The position numbers were made by a program, and so were the translations under genes. Below the pieces are notes generated by a model. That model was not told the DNA's origin. It made no database searches and was given only the letters and a program-made list of their open reading frames with translations. A stretch of DNA of 64,000 bases. Source: Rhina ancylostomus (lineage: Eukaryota). Positions 13,206-25,639 of the stretch are shown here, piece by piece. Location: positions 43,556,465 to 43,620,464 of the forward strand of contig JARFYF010000017.1 in assembly GCA_030265395.1 (NCBI GenBank), in the 5' to 3' direction. Within the stretch, counting starts at the first letter, position 1, and every line of letters begins with the position of its first letter.

Positions 13206-14204
13206 TAAAGAAATATACAGAAAATGGCAAGTGCCTACCTTGTGTTTATCTGCATCCTGCCACTAAGACCTTTGAAACTGGACAGTGCTCTGCATTCCAA
13301 CACCTCAAGCCTGAACAGCAACAGCCTGAGTACATAAAGCACAGTCTGCCCTACTGCACGACTAATCAATTATCACAGGGTTCAGTAATATATTGACTGG
13401 GCTCTGCAGTAAGAACAACAATGAGACTAATAGCCTGAATATTCTGGCAGCCATTATTAAACAGTAAATTGGTCAACTACGTCTGGCATCCACACATGCG
13501 CAGTTAAATGCCAAATCAAGAAATTCCAAAAGTGGCACTGCCCTGGGATCGCACCAAGGTTCACAACACTCAAACAAATGAAGGGCATAAAGTTGTGGTT
13601 CTTACCCACGGCATACCCACCAAACACCAGAAAATGTCGAGTGTGCTAATTTATGCATAAATAAGTGTTTAACCTGTAATAAATCTTAATTACTGCCAGA
13701 CCATTCGAAGTGTAAAATCACATTGTTTTGTTTAATGATTGGAAAGGAAAACAAAAAATAGCTTGTCTTTTTTTAAATTCTCTTTCACTTAATTACATCT
13801 TTCTTTCCCCCTTTCATTCTCTTTCCATTAGTGCTGCGGTTTTGAATTAAATGTTCTAATTCATACTTCCCGGTGTGTGTGGCTCAAGGAGGACTCTCTA
13901 ATGTTCATGGTTGAGGACACAGGTCCCGGATTCCCTATCCTATTTTGACTCCCTAATTACTGCACATCACGTATATGTGTGGTGAATGGTAAGCATCAGT
14001 CTTTTATCATTGAATGCAAAATCTGGACCATTGAGTCATGCTACTAATATTTCCCTTTCAAACTTCAGCTTCTTTGTGTGGCAACTAGTTTTAATATAAG
14101 TGTATGATATTGTTAAATATGTTGCTCATTTTAATTGTTACATAATGTATAATTGCTTAATTTTACCTGCGGTCAACTTGCATAGCATGGTGAAAATTTA
14201 AAAA

Positions 14205-14335
14205 AAAACTGTGGATGATAAATCTGAAACAAAAGCAGATAACACTGTAAACATGCATCAGGTCAAGCAGCATTTATGAAAAGAGAAGCAAAGTTAATGC
14301 TGTCTGACCTGCTGAGTGCTTCCTGTTTTTGTATA
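14205..14335. mobile_element. Inverted pair of Penelope terminal repeats (decayed)
   Basis: caggtcaagcagcatt is followed by its near reverse complement aatgctgtctgacctg. Confidence 0.55.
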
Positions 14336-15617
14336 GGTATTAGATAGGTGACCAGTTACTATGCCATGTGCAATGTTGCCATTTACCAATTGTTGAGTAA
14401 ATAATAGAAAGGTAATGCATTTTGCAGCAGGGTGAAGAAAGAAACAGCTGATGTCTGCACTGGAACAGAAAACTGCCCTTTCGCTTCTAAACCCAAATTT
14501 ATATCAAAGACTGATGAAAGGCTCTTCCCTTAAATGGCAATAAAAGGCTATGTTAACAATAAACTTGAGTATCCTTGGCTATTTCAGTAGTTATAAGTGA
14601 ATAACACAAAAGTGCCCACACAGTTTTGTGTTGTACTCACTTAAGAAAGCCATAAAGATGGCTTGAGTAGAAATGGAAAAATGGCAAGGTCAAGTGATGT
14701 TGTGGCTGTGTGCAAAACTATTGCAGCATACAATCATAATGAGTATTGGGGAAAGGTTTCCTGTTCCTTTGCTTTATTGGGTGTCTTGCATGCAACTTAG
14801 CTGGAAATTCACAAAGGATGAATTACGCACCATTAGGATAAAGTTATTGATTTTATATTCCTTAAGTGTGTGTGAGATTGTGTGGGCTTCTGTGCTTCCC
14901 TCATTTGAGTTTTCTCTAGGTTCTGTGCCCAAATGATCCCATGCATTCAGCCACCAGAATAGAAAAGTGTGCCCATGCATAATAAAACCCATGACATTTT
15001 AGGATGATGTCCTATTATGTATTATGGGTAGAGATGTCTAAATGACCTTGTGTGTAGTGATACTCTAATGGGAGTGCATATAATGACCTCTCAATGGCAG
15101 TAATGTGGTCATTGCACATAGTAATGTCCCAATAACTACATGACTGAATGTGTTAAGAGAGGTACTTTCTTATCAAATATTCGCATATGTGTAGTTGAGT
15201 GTAAATTCCAACAACAAACATGATAATGTGTTGCCCAGTTTGCCCTTGAGATGTTTGTCTTTCACAGTAATTTGTAAGGCTAGTTCTGTCAAGGTTAGAT
15301 AAACAAAAGGGTGGCTATTTACTAAGAGCCATGATGAGCATTTAGATGTATAACTAAATCAATTAGAGAAAGTACAGCTGTTATGCTGCTAAACTCTTTG
15401 ACACTCATGGAATCAGTGCTGAACTGAGAGGGAGAGATTGCTTTCAACTGGAATTTCCTTGCATGTTTCTGGTTCACTTTGGATTTTTCCCAAACATAAC
15501 TCTATTTAATACGGGCATTTTTGCAGAAGCTAGTCATTTTGAAATACATTTCAGCTGGATTGAATGACACTGTGTGAAAAGGAAACTTGTATCAGAATTA
15601 AAATAATTACTGACACC

Positions 15618-15844
15618 CAAGAAACTGCAGATGCTGGAATCTGGAGTAACACACAAAAAGCTGGAGGAACTCTCTGGGTCAGGCAGCATCTGTAGAGGGA
15701 GTTGCTGTTTCTGTTAGAGCCCTTCCTCTGGACAGCTAGGTGTATTCCAGTCCAGATGAAGGGTCTTTTCTCAAAATGTTGACTGTCCATTTCCCTCCAC
15801 AGAAGCTGCCTGACTTGCTGGACTCCTCCAGCTTTCTGAGTGTT
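15618..15844. mobile_element. Palindromic mini-element made of two inverted Penelope terminal repeats
   Basis: aaagctggagga...gtcaggcagcatctgtagaggga pairs with tccctccacagaagctgcctgac...tcctccagcttt. The inner cccttcctctggac pairs with gtccagatgaaggg. Confidence 0.8.
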
Positions 15845-16309
15845 AAAATAATTACAAATTAAATGCTCCAGGGTATTACCTCTATGAATAAATAAAATCC
15901 TGTGCCTTACAACCAGCGAATACCCTTTTACTGCTCGTATTCTTGTATCATCTTTATTCAGTCCCTGATTTTTTTTTAGGAATATCATTCTCAGTTTTGT
16001 TGGTATTAATGTTAAGCTTGCAAGGTTACTCTTAAGTTAGTGTGACCATATACCATTGTTTTCTTAGGAGTACCCTGGATGCCTGAGCAATGATTTTCCC
16101 TGGAAGAACTCCTTGTTTAAAGAAATTTGTCTCCTTCTGTGCATATGCAAATACATGAGGAAACTGAATATAATCCTGCTCACAATATCAGAGGTAGGCT
16201 GTCCTGGCTGTACATGTGCTTAGCCAGAGTTATTTTGTCTGATAAACATTTCCTCCCTGTTTCCAGTTGTTTTTATCAGGTGATAGCTTACCAGGAACTT
16301 AGATCAGAA

Positions 16310-16740
16310 TGAGCTAAAAGAGGATTGGAGATGAAATGTAGCTTGGAGGGGAAGAGAAGCTCTGAAGGAGGGAAAAGAACAGGGGCTCAGAGTGGAGAGA
16401 AACCAGAAATAGAAGAGAAAGAGCAAGGGTGCAGAGTGCAGAAGAACAAGAGATTAGAGTAAGGGAGAGGTAAAGGGATCCAAAAGGAGAAAACGTGACT
16501 GTTAATGGGGAAAGGGGATCAGAGAGTGGAGAGGACGGGCATTCAGAAGGAGGTATTGGAGTAGTGAGAAGACATGGAATCTGAGGTCGGTACATGAGAT
16601 AAGTGGGATAGGACAGTTAAGAGGGTGAAAAAATGGAGACTTATTACACTGAAGGTGATCAGAGCAAAGGAGAAAGAGCAGGGTAATGGAGAGAGGAAGA
16701 GGAAAGGGATCTGTCATTGAGGGCTTAAGACAAAGGCAAG
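16310..16740. repeat. Purine-rich (GA-rich) low-complexity tract
   Basis: Strong G/A bias on the + strand, with no fixed repeat unit. Confidence 0.7.
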
Positions 16741-17820
16741 GTAACGTGCCTTCAGTATCCATGTGCAAGTTCCCATTTTTGTCCTTAACAAGCCCCACTC
16801 CATTCCACTATTTTCATGCCTATAAAGCACTTTTAGATTCCCATTACGTTGGCAGCTAATCTTTTCTCACACAATCTCATTTTAATTCTCTCTTCCCTTG
16901 TTTTTTTGATAATCAGTCTGATTCTCGCTGGTGTTTACAACCTGACACATGTCGTATGAAACTTTGTTTTGCTTTATCTCTTTTGTTGAGATACCTCTGT
17001 ATCTCTTTTGTCATCCAGGGAGTTCTGGGTTTGTTTGTTTGTTCTTTCTTTCACCCCTCATGGAAAGGTATCTCATCTATACCTGAACCATCTCTTCCTT
17101 ACAGACAGCCCATTGTTTTATTACTGTTTTCTATGTCAACTTTTGGTTCCAATTTACCTGAGCCAGATCCACTCATGGGCCACTACATTGACCTTCCTCC
17201 AATTAATAACTTTGGATCGCTTCTCCTTTTCTATAGCTAACCAAAACCTTGTAATGATCACTATGTCTTGCATTTCCCCTACCAAGTGCACTTGACCCAC
17301 TTCCAATACCAGATCCAGCAATGCCTCCTTTCTCATTGGACTAGAAACATGCTCCTTTAGAAAATTTTCTGGGCACACATTAGAAACTCTTCATCCTCCC
17401 TGCTCTTAACACAGTTAAGCCAGTTTAGATTGGGATAATGAATGTCCCCCATTATAACTACTGTTTAATTTTTGCACTTTCCTACATATTTGCTCCTCTG
17501 TATATCTCCCATGCAACATATAGCAGTGCAATGTTCCCCCTAATCTTTCTTAACTCTAAAGCAAACAGATTTTGTTTTTGACCCTCCTGCAACATCTTCT
17601 GTTTCCTGCACTAATCTTCTGTTACATCAATACTGTTTCCCCTCCTCCTTTCTTTCCTTCCCTATCCTTCCTGGACACTTTGTATACAGAAATATTTAAT
17701 GCTCAGTCCTGCCCCTTTCTGAACCAAGTTTCTGATATTGTCACCACATCATATTCCAACACTGTTATCACCAACTTGATTGACTGCATATTCTGTGTAT
17801 TCACAGACATGCATAGTAAA
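16740..17820 (-). mobile_element. CR1 LINE ORF2 endonuclease-region fragment
   Basis: Minus-strand translations 'YDVVTISETWFRKGQD', 'ENFLKEHVSSPMRKEALLDLVL' and 'VGLVKDKNGNLHMD' are APE endonuclease and linker motifs of CR1. Confidence 0.88.
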
Positions 17821-17839
17821 TGAAATGTTGTTGTTATTT

Positions 17840-18410
17840 CAGAATCAGGCTTACTATCACTGCTAATATGACATGAAATTTGTTTTGTGGTAGCAGAATA
17901 GTGCAAAAACAAAAATTACTATAAACTACAAACTAGGCCAAAAGAAGGAATAACAAGTTAGTGTTCATGGACTGTTCAGAAATCTGATGGTGGAGGGGAA
18001 GAAACTGTTCCTAAATCATTGAGTGTGGGTCTTCAGGCTCCTGTTCCACTTCGCCGATGGTAGTAATGAGAAAAGGGCATGTCCCAGATGGTGAGGGTCC
18101 TTCGTGATGGATGTCGCTTTCTTGAGGTACCATCTCTAGAGGATGTCCTTGATGGCAGGCAGGATTGTGCCCAAGATAGAGCTGGCTGAGTCCATAACCC
18201 TCTGCAGCCTCTTATGATCCTGTGCATTGGAGCCATCATACCAGACTGTGATGCAACCAGTCAGAATGCTCTCCACTACATCTATAGAAATTTGCAGGAG
18301 TCTTTGGTGACATACCAAATCTCCTCAAATTCCTAATGAAGCTAGCGTGCCTTCGTGATTGTATCAAAGTGTTGGGCCCAGGATAGATCCTCCGAGATGC
18401 TGATGACCAG
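17840..18410 (-). mobile_element. Rex1/Babar-type LINE 3' fragment
   Basis: 'ESILTGCITVWYDGSNAQDHKRLQRVMDSASSI' followed by a 'KDPHHLGHALFSLLPS...LKTHTQ.FRNSFFP'-like C-terminus characteristic of Rex1. Confidence 0.85.
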
Positions 18411-19099
18411 GACACCTCTCATTTTCACTGACCTAATATAATGTGAATTGTCTCCCAATTTCTTTTTGCTTTTTTTTGTTTTTGATTTTCTCATGTTTCC
18501 TTACTCTGACTCCATTTGCTCGCACATTCTTATCCTTGTATACTCTGTCCCTTCCCAATACACTCTTATTATCATTGCCCCTGTCATTTTCTTTATGACT
18601 GAAGGGTGAAGACTCGAATGAAGGAAAAGGAACAGGATCAAAGGTTGGAGTACAAAATGGAATCGGGTAGCAGAGAGATCACAGAGGGGGTTAGGGGAGG
18701 TAACTAGAGTGGTTAGAGGAAATTGGACTCCATAAGACTGGACAGAAAGCAAAACCAACATTTCCAACGAGCTGCTTAAACCATGTGCCTAGCATCCACT
18801 GCAGTTGTCCACCCATGCTACTCACCAGTTCAAAGCATTTCAGGACCATGCTACTCTTTCTTTGTTTACTGATTATTTACTGAAGTACATTTGGATATCT
18901 TTTATAGTGTGATGTTGGATCTGTTGTCTTAATAGTATATTTGGAAATGTTAAAATATAGGCTGTGAAAAATTGTTGCCTTAGCAACTGCATAACTTGTT
19001 TTCTTTATCCTGGTGACTTTGCCATTCTCCTACCCTGTAAATCCCTGATCTCAGATTGAAAAATGTGTTCAACCTTGAACAATTTCTCATACTACTTTG

Positions 19100-19420
19100 T
19101 GGCATAAAATGGGGCTATTTGGCCTAAAGAGTCTATGCCAGCACTCAGAATAATACTGCCCATCTTTCACCTAATTCCCTTAAGATAATTGTCTCTCAAA
19201 CTGCCCATTAACTCCTCTGAGTCTCTTACCATGCACCTATACTTGGGGCAGTTAATTAACCTACTAAACAGCATGCCTTTGGGATGTAGAAGGAAATTTG
19301 AATACGGAGGGAAAAGCACTGCAGTTACTGGGAGAATGTGAAAACTCTACATAGACAGCACCAAAGGTCTGGGTTGCTGGGACTCTGAGGCAGCAGATAA
19401 ACCTACGATGCCGCTACACT
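19100..19420 (-). mobile_element. V-SINE (HE1-like) SINE
   Basis: Reverse complement of the V-domain (ggagaatgtgaaaactctacatagacagcacc) plus a tRNA-like head (cctacgatgccgctac). Confidence 0.75.
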
Positions 19421-22400
19421 AGTTAATACTAATAAGTGCTTGGAAGAGTCAGCCTGGGCACGGTGGTAGCATTTCTGTCTATTTAAGCCTTATTCCATGA
19501 TCTGAGGATGACATTTCAATGGAGAATGGAACAAATGTTGAAGGAGCACATCTGTGTGGGGTTACAACCTTACAGGAGTCTTCAGGAATTTAGAATTAAT
19601 CCTCAGAACACTGTTGAAAAGAGAGAATGCAGAAGAATATTGAAGTATTTTTTAAAATTTCTTTGAATGCTTTTATTCATTAGTTATAAAAAAAATTGGA
19701 AATAGAGTAAAAGATCTGTTTAACATTATCAGAATTAATTCAATTAGATTATAAAGAGTCTAGTCCCTCTCCAGATAAATTGATCGCTTCTGTAATTTGT
19801 TGCTTATGGAACCCAGAAGTGTTCAATTTGGCTGTGATATTCACCTACCCACAACATATGCAATTCAAAATGATAGCTTGGCTGGAAAGCATTGTGAGAC
19901 CTTAGGACATAATTACACCAGAACTAATATAAGGCCTAGTGTTGCATGGGGATAAGGTGCTTTATCAGTGAGAGGAAAAATTTCCCCTCAAAGTCACTCC
20001 AACATCCTCTCTTTGGTGTTAGAGTAATATATTTAAAATAAAGCTTAGATTTGTACTCTAGAGATGTAATGAATTTCAGTCAACTATGCATAAGCAACAA
20101 GCCTTGAAACAAATACAAATGAGTTGCAATAAAATTACAAAACTTGGAGAGTAAGTACATCTGTGCTATAAAATAACAGAAATGTAGGATAATTTACAAA
20201 GCACAATAATTCTCTAGAGGAGATCATTAAGTTTCAAAGCAAGGTTCCTTTTGTATAGAATGTTGAAGTGAGCACATTTGTTAAATTTTACACAATAGGA
20301 ACACAGACACTGGAGTGGGCAATTCAATTTCTCAAGCCCATGCAAGTCAATGTCTTTGGGTTGGTGTTGACTTCAGTTGACCCAGTGCACCAACTCTCTC
20401 CAAGAAGATCTATCACCAGCTGTATCCTAAAGTTGCTGTAGAGACATATTAGAGACCTCTTTGACTCTAAACCCATTTTCTGAGAACTCATTGCATAAAA
20501 GTTCAAGCCCACATCATCACCCTTTTAGATCATAGCTGATCTGGAGAGAGATCCATCCCATTTTTGCTTTGTACCCCCGATAACCTTTTCCAAAAAAAAT
20601 CTATGGACATCATGTCTTTAAATTGGCTCAGCATCTAAAAAGGGTTTTGGTATGGTAAGAAGAAGACTGATAAGGTATGCAGTGCATGATTTTATGGATG
20701 CAGACTTCCAGATTTGAATAGGTTTTTCCCAAACAAAATACAAGGAGAGGATTTTGTCCATATCTTTGCAATATTCAAAGGCATTGATAATGTAGATATA
20801 AACCAGCTACTTAGTTGGAATAGATTACAAATTATTGAACTATGGGCTAGGAGGTAGGTAGTTAGCTTGCACAGACAATTAACCTTGTTGCTCTGAAATC
20901 CTCAGTACCACATAGTCAGAGTATAGCATTTTCTCTGTGAGCACATCTACTTGATTCAAACATATCTATCAAGCTGGAAGTTGCATTGAAAATCTCAGAA
21001 AAGCACTTGAGAAACCAAAGGTCTCACAACTAAATTTGTATAAGGATGGTGAGTGCTTCAAGTATCTCCACTGCCTAAAGATGGGAGGTGAGTGCCAGAC
21101 TGGACAGTGGAAGTCAAGGGTGAAATAAGGACTATATGGAGATGGATAATTATTCTAGACTTTAGATCAGTACATTTGATAATCTGTGGTGACGCTATAG
21201 AACATTTTCCCAACCGGCATTGAAAAAGTAAAATGGATTACTCATGCTTTATGGAGAGAGTAAACCTTTACAGAAGCAACAATATCTTTATATAAGAAAA
21301 TGATCCCTGATGTGAATTGACACCTTGGTTCCTGTGTCTTCTCTGTTAGTTTCTAAAAGTAAAATCGTTATGAAAAAATAATTTGCCTGAATTATGTAGA
21401 TGTGCTTATAGAGAAAATGCTATACTCCTAAGTGACTGTGTGAATACATGCATCATGTAGTGCAGTACTGAGGATTTCAGAGCAGCAAGGTTCATGATCT
21501 ATGCTGAGTTCTCTGATCTGAGAAGGCAACAGCTATTTGGTGACCCCATGTATATCACTAGAAGCAGAAGAAGGCATCAGCTGAGGATCCCAGTCAATTG
21601 ATACTAACAAGCATCCTTCGAACATTCATCATATAGCTTAGGGCAAACTTGTGTTAGGATTGGATGGTGGTTAGTACCTGTAGAAATGTATGTTCAAATG
21701 TATTACCATGTGGAGAAGGAGAAGTGAAAAATACAGAGAAAAATACAACATAGACAATCAGGATAAAAGTTAGGATATAATCTGTTTCATAGGAGAAAGG
21801 GATTGTGAAAAAAAAATCTCTCAGTTGATATTTTATGCCAGTGCTGTTCTTTATCCTTTTTCCAGGTCAAAGTTTTAAGTATTCATACACTGACACTACC
21901 AACACTAACTGAAGTTGTCGAAGGTGAATATGCCTCAGGGATGCCATTATAATGTGACTGCCGTCAGAATACAAATAAGCTCATAAGACACATTTCTGGT
22001 GCTGTTAGTTCTAATAGGCCGCAGTAAGGACTTTTGCATACCAGTCTGGCAAAATAGATTTCCTGTTGATAGCAAACTGGACCTCAGATATATTCAGCTG
22101 AATAGATTTGACTGGTTAATGTTATTCATAATGGCACAGGCCATTGCCCTTCCTATATTCATATTCTGGTCGAGACTGGGGTTCACATTAGAGAGAACAG
22201 ATTTTGCTGGTCTTGACTGTGTTCATTCTCGGGCCACTGCTGTGGAGCTTTCCTGCTAGTTTTGACAGGCAAGCTCAGTCAGAGTTATCTCCTGGGGTAT
22301 AGTTGTTGGGTCTGATGGTCATTTGATTGGCTTTTTAAAGGTTACATTTCTTGTACCATCATCATTAATTACTTGCCATTGTTTCTTCCAAACACAGAAA

Positions 22401-23664
22401 TCTATTTGACTTAATTTACATTCTTAATGCATGCTGAGCATCGAGTTTGCCAATATCAAATAGCGTTCACATGCAAATTTGTGCCAAGACCAAGTATGAG
22501 AGCCCCTATTGAAATTCTTAGTTAAGTTTACATTCAAAATGAGCTTGCTGTTTTTGTCTGGCATTTGCATTGAGTTTGTGAATTGAGTTTGCATACCAGC
22601 CTATGCAAAGACAAAATGGATGGAAAACTTTCAGGAAATAATAAAAGTGAATTTGCATTTATATAGTGTGGTCAAGGTATCCCAATTCCTTAGATAACAA
22701 ATTCAGTGAAGATTTCCTCTGCCTATATTTTGAAATTGATCTCATGACATTGTTTCCTCTTGTGGTTTTTGTCCCCCTCTGTGTTTAACGTGAGCATTGC
22801 TTATGAAAATTAATTTGCTGGAACAAGCTGGATATGGTTGAAGAGAAAATAATGTACTCCTATATGACTCCATGGGTGCATCCACTACGTAGTGAAGAAT
22901 TTTAAGTGTAGCTATTGTTGTAATGTGGAAAAGTATCAGCCAATTCATGCACTGCAATTTCCACACATCAGCGTGATAACCATGTAATCCTTTCTTGATG
23001 AAACTAATCTGTGGGCTAAATATTGGCCAGTACTCACCTGTTCTGCTTTGAATTAATCCTATGGGATCTGTTCTTTCCTCCATCACGCAACACTGAGCCA
23101 CAGCTGACATGAAGGAAGCTTCATGTGTGTAGAGTTCCTGATGATGTTAGTGGGCTGCACCATCCCATGCATCTGATGTGGGTAATTGAGGTCAAGTCTT
23201 CCCATCTCCTGCACCTCCCAACCCTGTCCTCACCCCTGCTCTTCCAGGGAATCTAGCTGCTTCCTTGCAAAAATAATTTGGGACCATCTCTTCTTTGGTG
23301 CAATCAACTTGTCCAATGAACAGGTGAGTCAGAAAGACAAAGTACTGAGTTTTGGAATCTGGGCTCAATTTATTGCCCACCCCTAGTTATCTTGATCATT
23401 TTTTCAATTATGTTAGTATTGTAGTAGAAGAGGCACAAATTTACAAAGTGGCTAGAATTTCAGAAATATAGTTTTTGCTTGGTACCTAAAATGNNNNNNN
23501 NNNCCTAAAATGCAATTAAACCAGGACCACAACATCATTATTGAAGAAAAATACACAGAGAAACACCATAATATAATTGGCTCTATTTTGAAAGTAGTGA
23601 AACAATGTGAAAGTTGTTGATCTGGGAATTTTTATTCACAACCTGCACACTGACAGAACAAACG

Positions 23665-24290
23665 TAAGGAATAGAAACAGGAGAAGGCCATTTGACTCCG
23701 CCATTCATCAAGATCATGGCTGATCTATTTATTTAATTTTCCTGCACCATCCCCATACTATTTGATTCCCTTAATATCTAGAAATGCATTGATTTCTGTT
23801 TTGAATGAATTGAGCCTCCACAGACTTTCGGGGTTGAGAATTCCGAAGATTCACCATTCTCTGAGTGAAGAATATTATCCTCATCTCAGCCCTAAGCTTC
23901 CCACTTCTTATTCTGGGACTATGTCCCCTGGTCCTATACTCTGCAGGCAGAGGTAACATCTTCCCTGCATCCAGCCTGTTGAACCCTGTAAAAACTTTGT
24001 CAGATTCAATGTGATCCCATTCTTCTAAACTCCAGAGAATACAGGCATTTTATACTCAATCTCTCATCATATGATAAAATCACCATTCCCAGAAACAGTT
24101 TAGTGAATCTTTACTGCACTCTCTAAGCTTCAGCAAGGGGATGAAAACTGTATATCATACTCCAAGTGCAGTTGCGTCAAAACACACTACAACTTCAGTA
24201 GGACTTATTTACTCCTGTATTCAAAACTCCTCATGCTAAAAGCTTGCTCATCACTCATTGTACCTGCATGTTGGCTTTAGGTATATCAAT
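23665..24290 (-). mobile_element. CR1 LINE 3' fragment
   Basis: 'RTRGHSPRIRSGKLRAEMRIIFFTQRMVNLRNSQP' is the CR1 ORF2 C-terminal motif, followed by the 3' tail. Confidence 0.88.
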
Positions 24291-24329
24291 TGAGAAAACA
24301 TTAGGATACTTTTTAAACTTTTTTTTAAA

Positions 24330-24830
24330 TAGAAGCATTGGGTGCAAAACAATGAAATCATGCATTTTCCTTAGAAATGTTTGGTTAAGTGTCATGCAGA
24401 ATTGCATCCTGTTCCGGGTATACCACTTCAGAAATGATGTCAATGATCTGGAGAGGTTTACAGAGAAGGCTTACTAAGATGATACAAGAGATGAGGGACT
24501 TGGCTATCTGGATAGAATGCAGAGAGGATAAGAGAAGATGCAATTTTAAATTATGAAGGCTTTAGATAGAACAAGTAGGATTGAACAGTTTCCTCTGGCA
24601 AGTCATTTGGTAACCAAAAGTCATAGATTTAAAATAATTGTGAAAGAACCAGAGGGGAAATGAAGAGGAATTTCTTCATTTGAGAACTACCAGAATGGGA
24701 TCCATACGACCCTTTAAAGGACAATTGGAGATGGAGTTGATGATGACTACTGCAAAGCTGGGGAGTGGGACAAAACTGGATTGCCCTTCAAAGGATCATT
24801 TTAGACATGAATGGCCACACTTTGTTCTAT
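24330..24830 (+). mobile_element. CR1 LINE 3' fragment, opposite orientation to the previous copy
   Basis: 'PYHFRNDVNDLERFTEK'-like segment and accaaaagtcatagatttaaaataattg. Confidence 0.7.
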
Positions 24831-24869
24831 AAAACACCATTATAACTTGCATTCATATTTTTATGTGAT

Positions 24870-25085
24870 GTAGAAGGAGGCCATTCTACCTGCTGAGTTT
24901 ATGCTGACTCTTGAAGCAATCCCACCAAATCCCAATCCCCACTTGTAATTTATCTGTAATTTATTCTCTCATAGTCTAGCAACCCAATCCCACCCTTCCT
25001 CTTACTACCCAACTACTCCACGGTAATTTATCATAGGAATTAACCCTCCAAAGAGCATGTCTTTGGAATCTGGGAAGAAACCAGC
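24870..25085 (-). mobile_element. V-SINE 3' fragment
   Basis: agaaggaggccattc...gcatgtctttggaatctgggaagaaaccag is the reverse of the V-domain plus tail. Confidence 0.6.
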
Positions 25086-25255
25086 CACTGTTTCACCCTT
25101 CCTTCTCACTTCTATGTACTGGCTATATTCCCTCTAAACACGCAGTCCTGATGCAGAGTCTTGACCCAGAACATTGACCATCCCTATGCCTCCACAGATG
25201 TTGCNNNNNNNNNNGCTCAACCTGTTGAGCTCTTCCAGCAGTTTATTTTTTTTGC
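25085..25255 (+). mobile_element. Penelope terminal repeat fragment
   Basis: cagtcctgatgcagagtcttgacccagaacattgacc...cctccacagatgttgc...ctcttccagca. Confidence 0.7.
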
Positions 25256-25259
25256 TCTC

Positions 25260-25450
25260 TTATTGATGTCGGTTGAGGGATAAATTTTGGGGATAAGTCC
25301 TCTGCTCCCTTTGAACAATGCCCTCAGATCTTTTTCCTTTACTCACCAAGAAGAGCAGATGGCATCTTGATTCAGAAACTTATTTGGAACACATCACTTC
25401 TGACAATACAGAACTCCCTTATTGCTGCAGTGAATTATTAGCCTAGAATT
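25260..25450 (-). mobile_element. Deu-domain SINE fragment
   Basis: ctgctccctttgaacaatgccctcagatcttt...cacttctgacaatacagaactccct is the reverse Deu core. Confidence 0.6.
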
Positions 25451-25639
25451 TTTTTTTTACTTTATTCTCAGTGGAAGTGGGGTAGCTGTACTTATCTGAG
25501 GTGAAACAGTTATAGGTATCATTGAGGCAGAAATAGAATCAAAGTGATAGAAATACAGGATAATAAGGGAACAGTCATACTGATGGGACTAGTTTAAAGA
25601 TCATGTAATAGCAGGGAAGTGGAGAAAGAAATGTGCATT

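Noticed and set aside
14511-14535. CTGATGA followed by a short stem (aagg...cctt), resembling a hammerhead or C/D box
   Set aside because: The required GAAA and the flanking helices are missing.
21930-22395. Minus-strand frame that looks protein-like (WQVINDDGTRNVTFKKP...)
   Set aside because: It has several in-frame stops, no recognisable family motif and no convincing splice sites.
23485-23512. Direct repeat cctaaaatg on both sides of a 10-N gap
   Set aside because: Typical unmerged contig overlap, not a target-site duplication.
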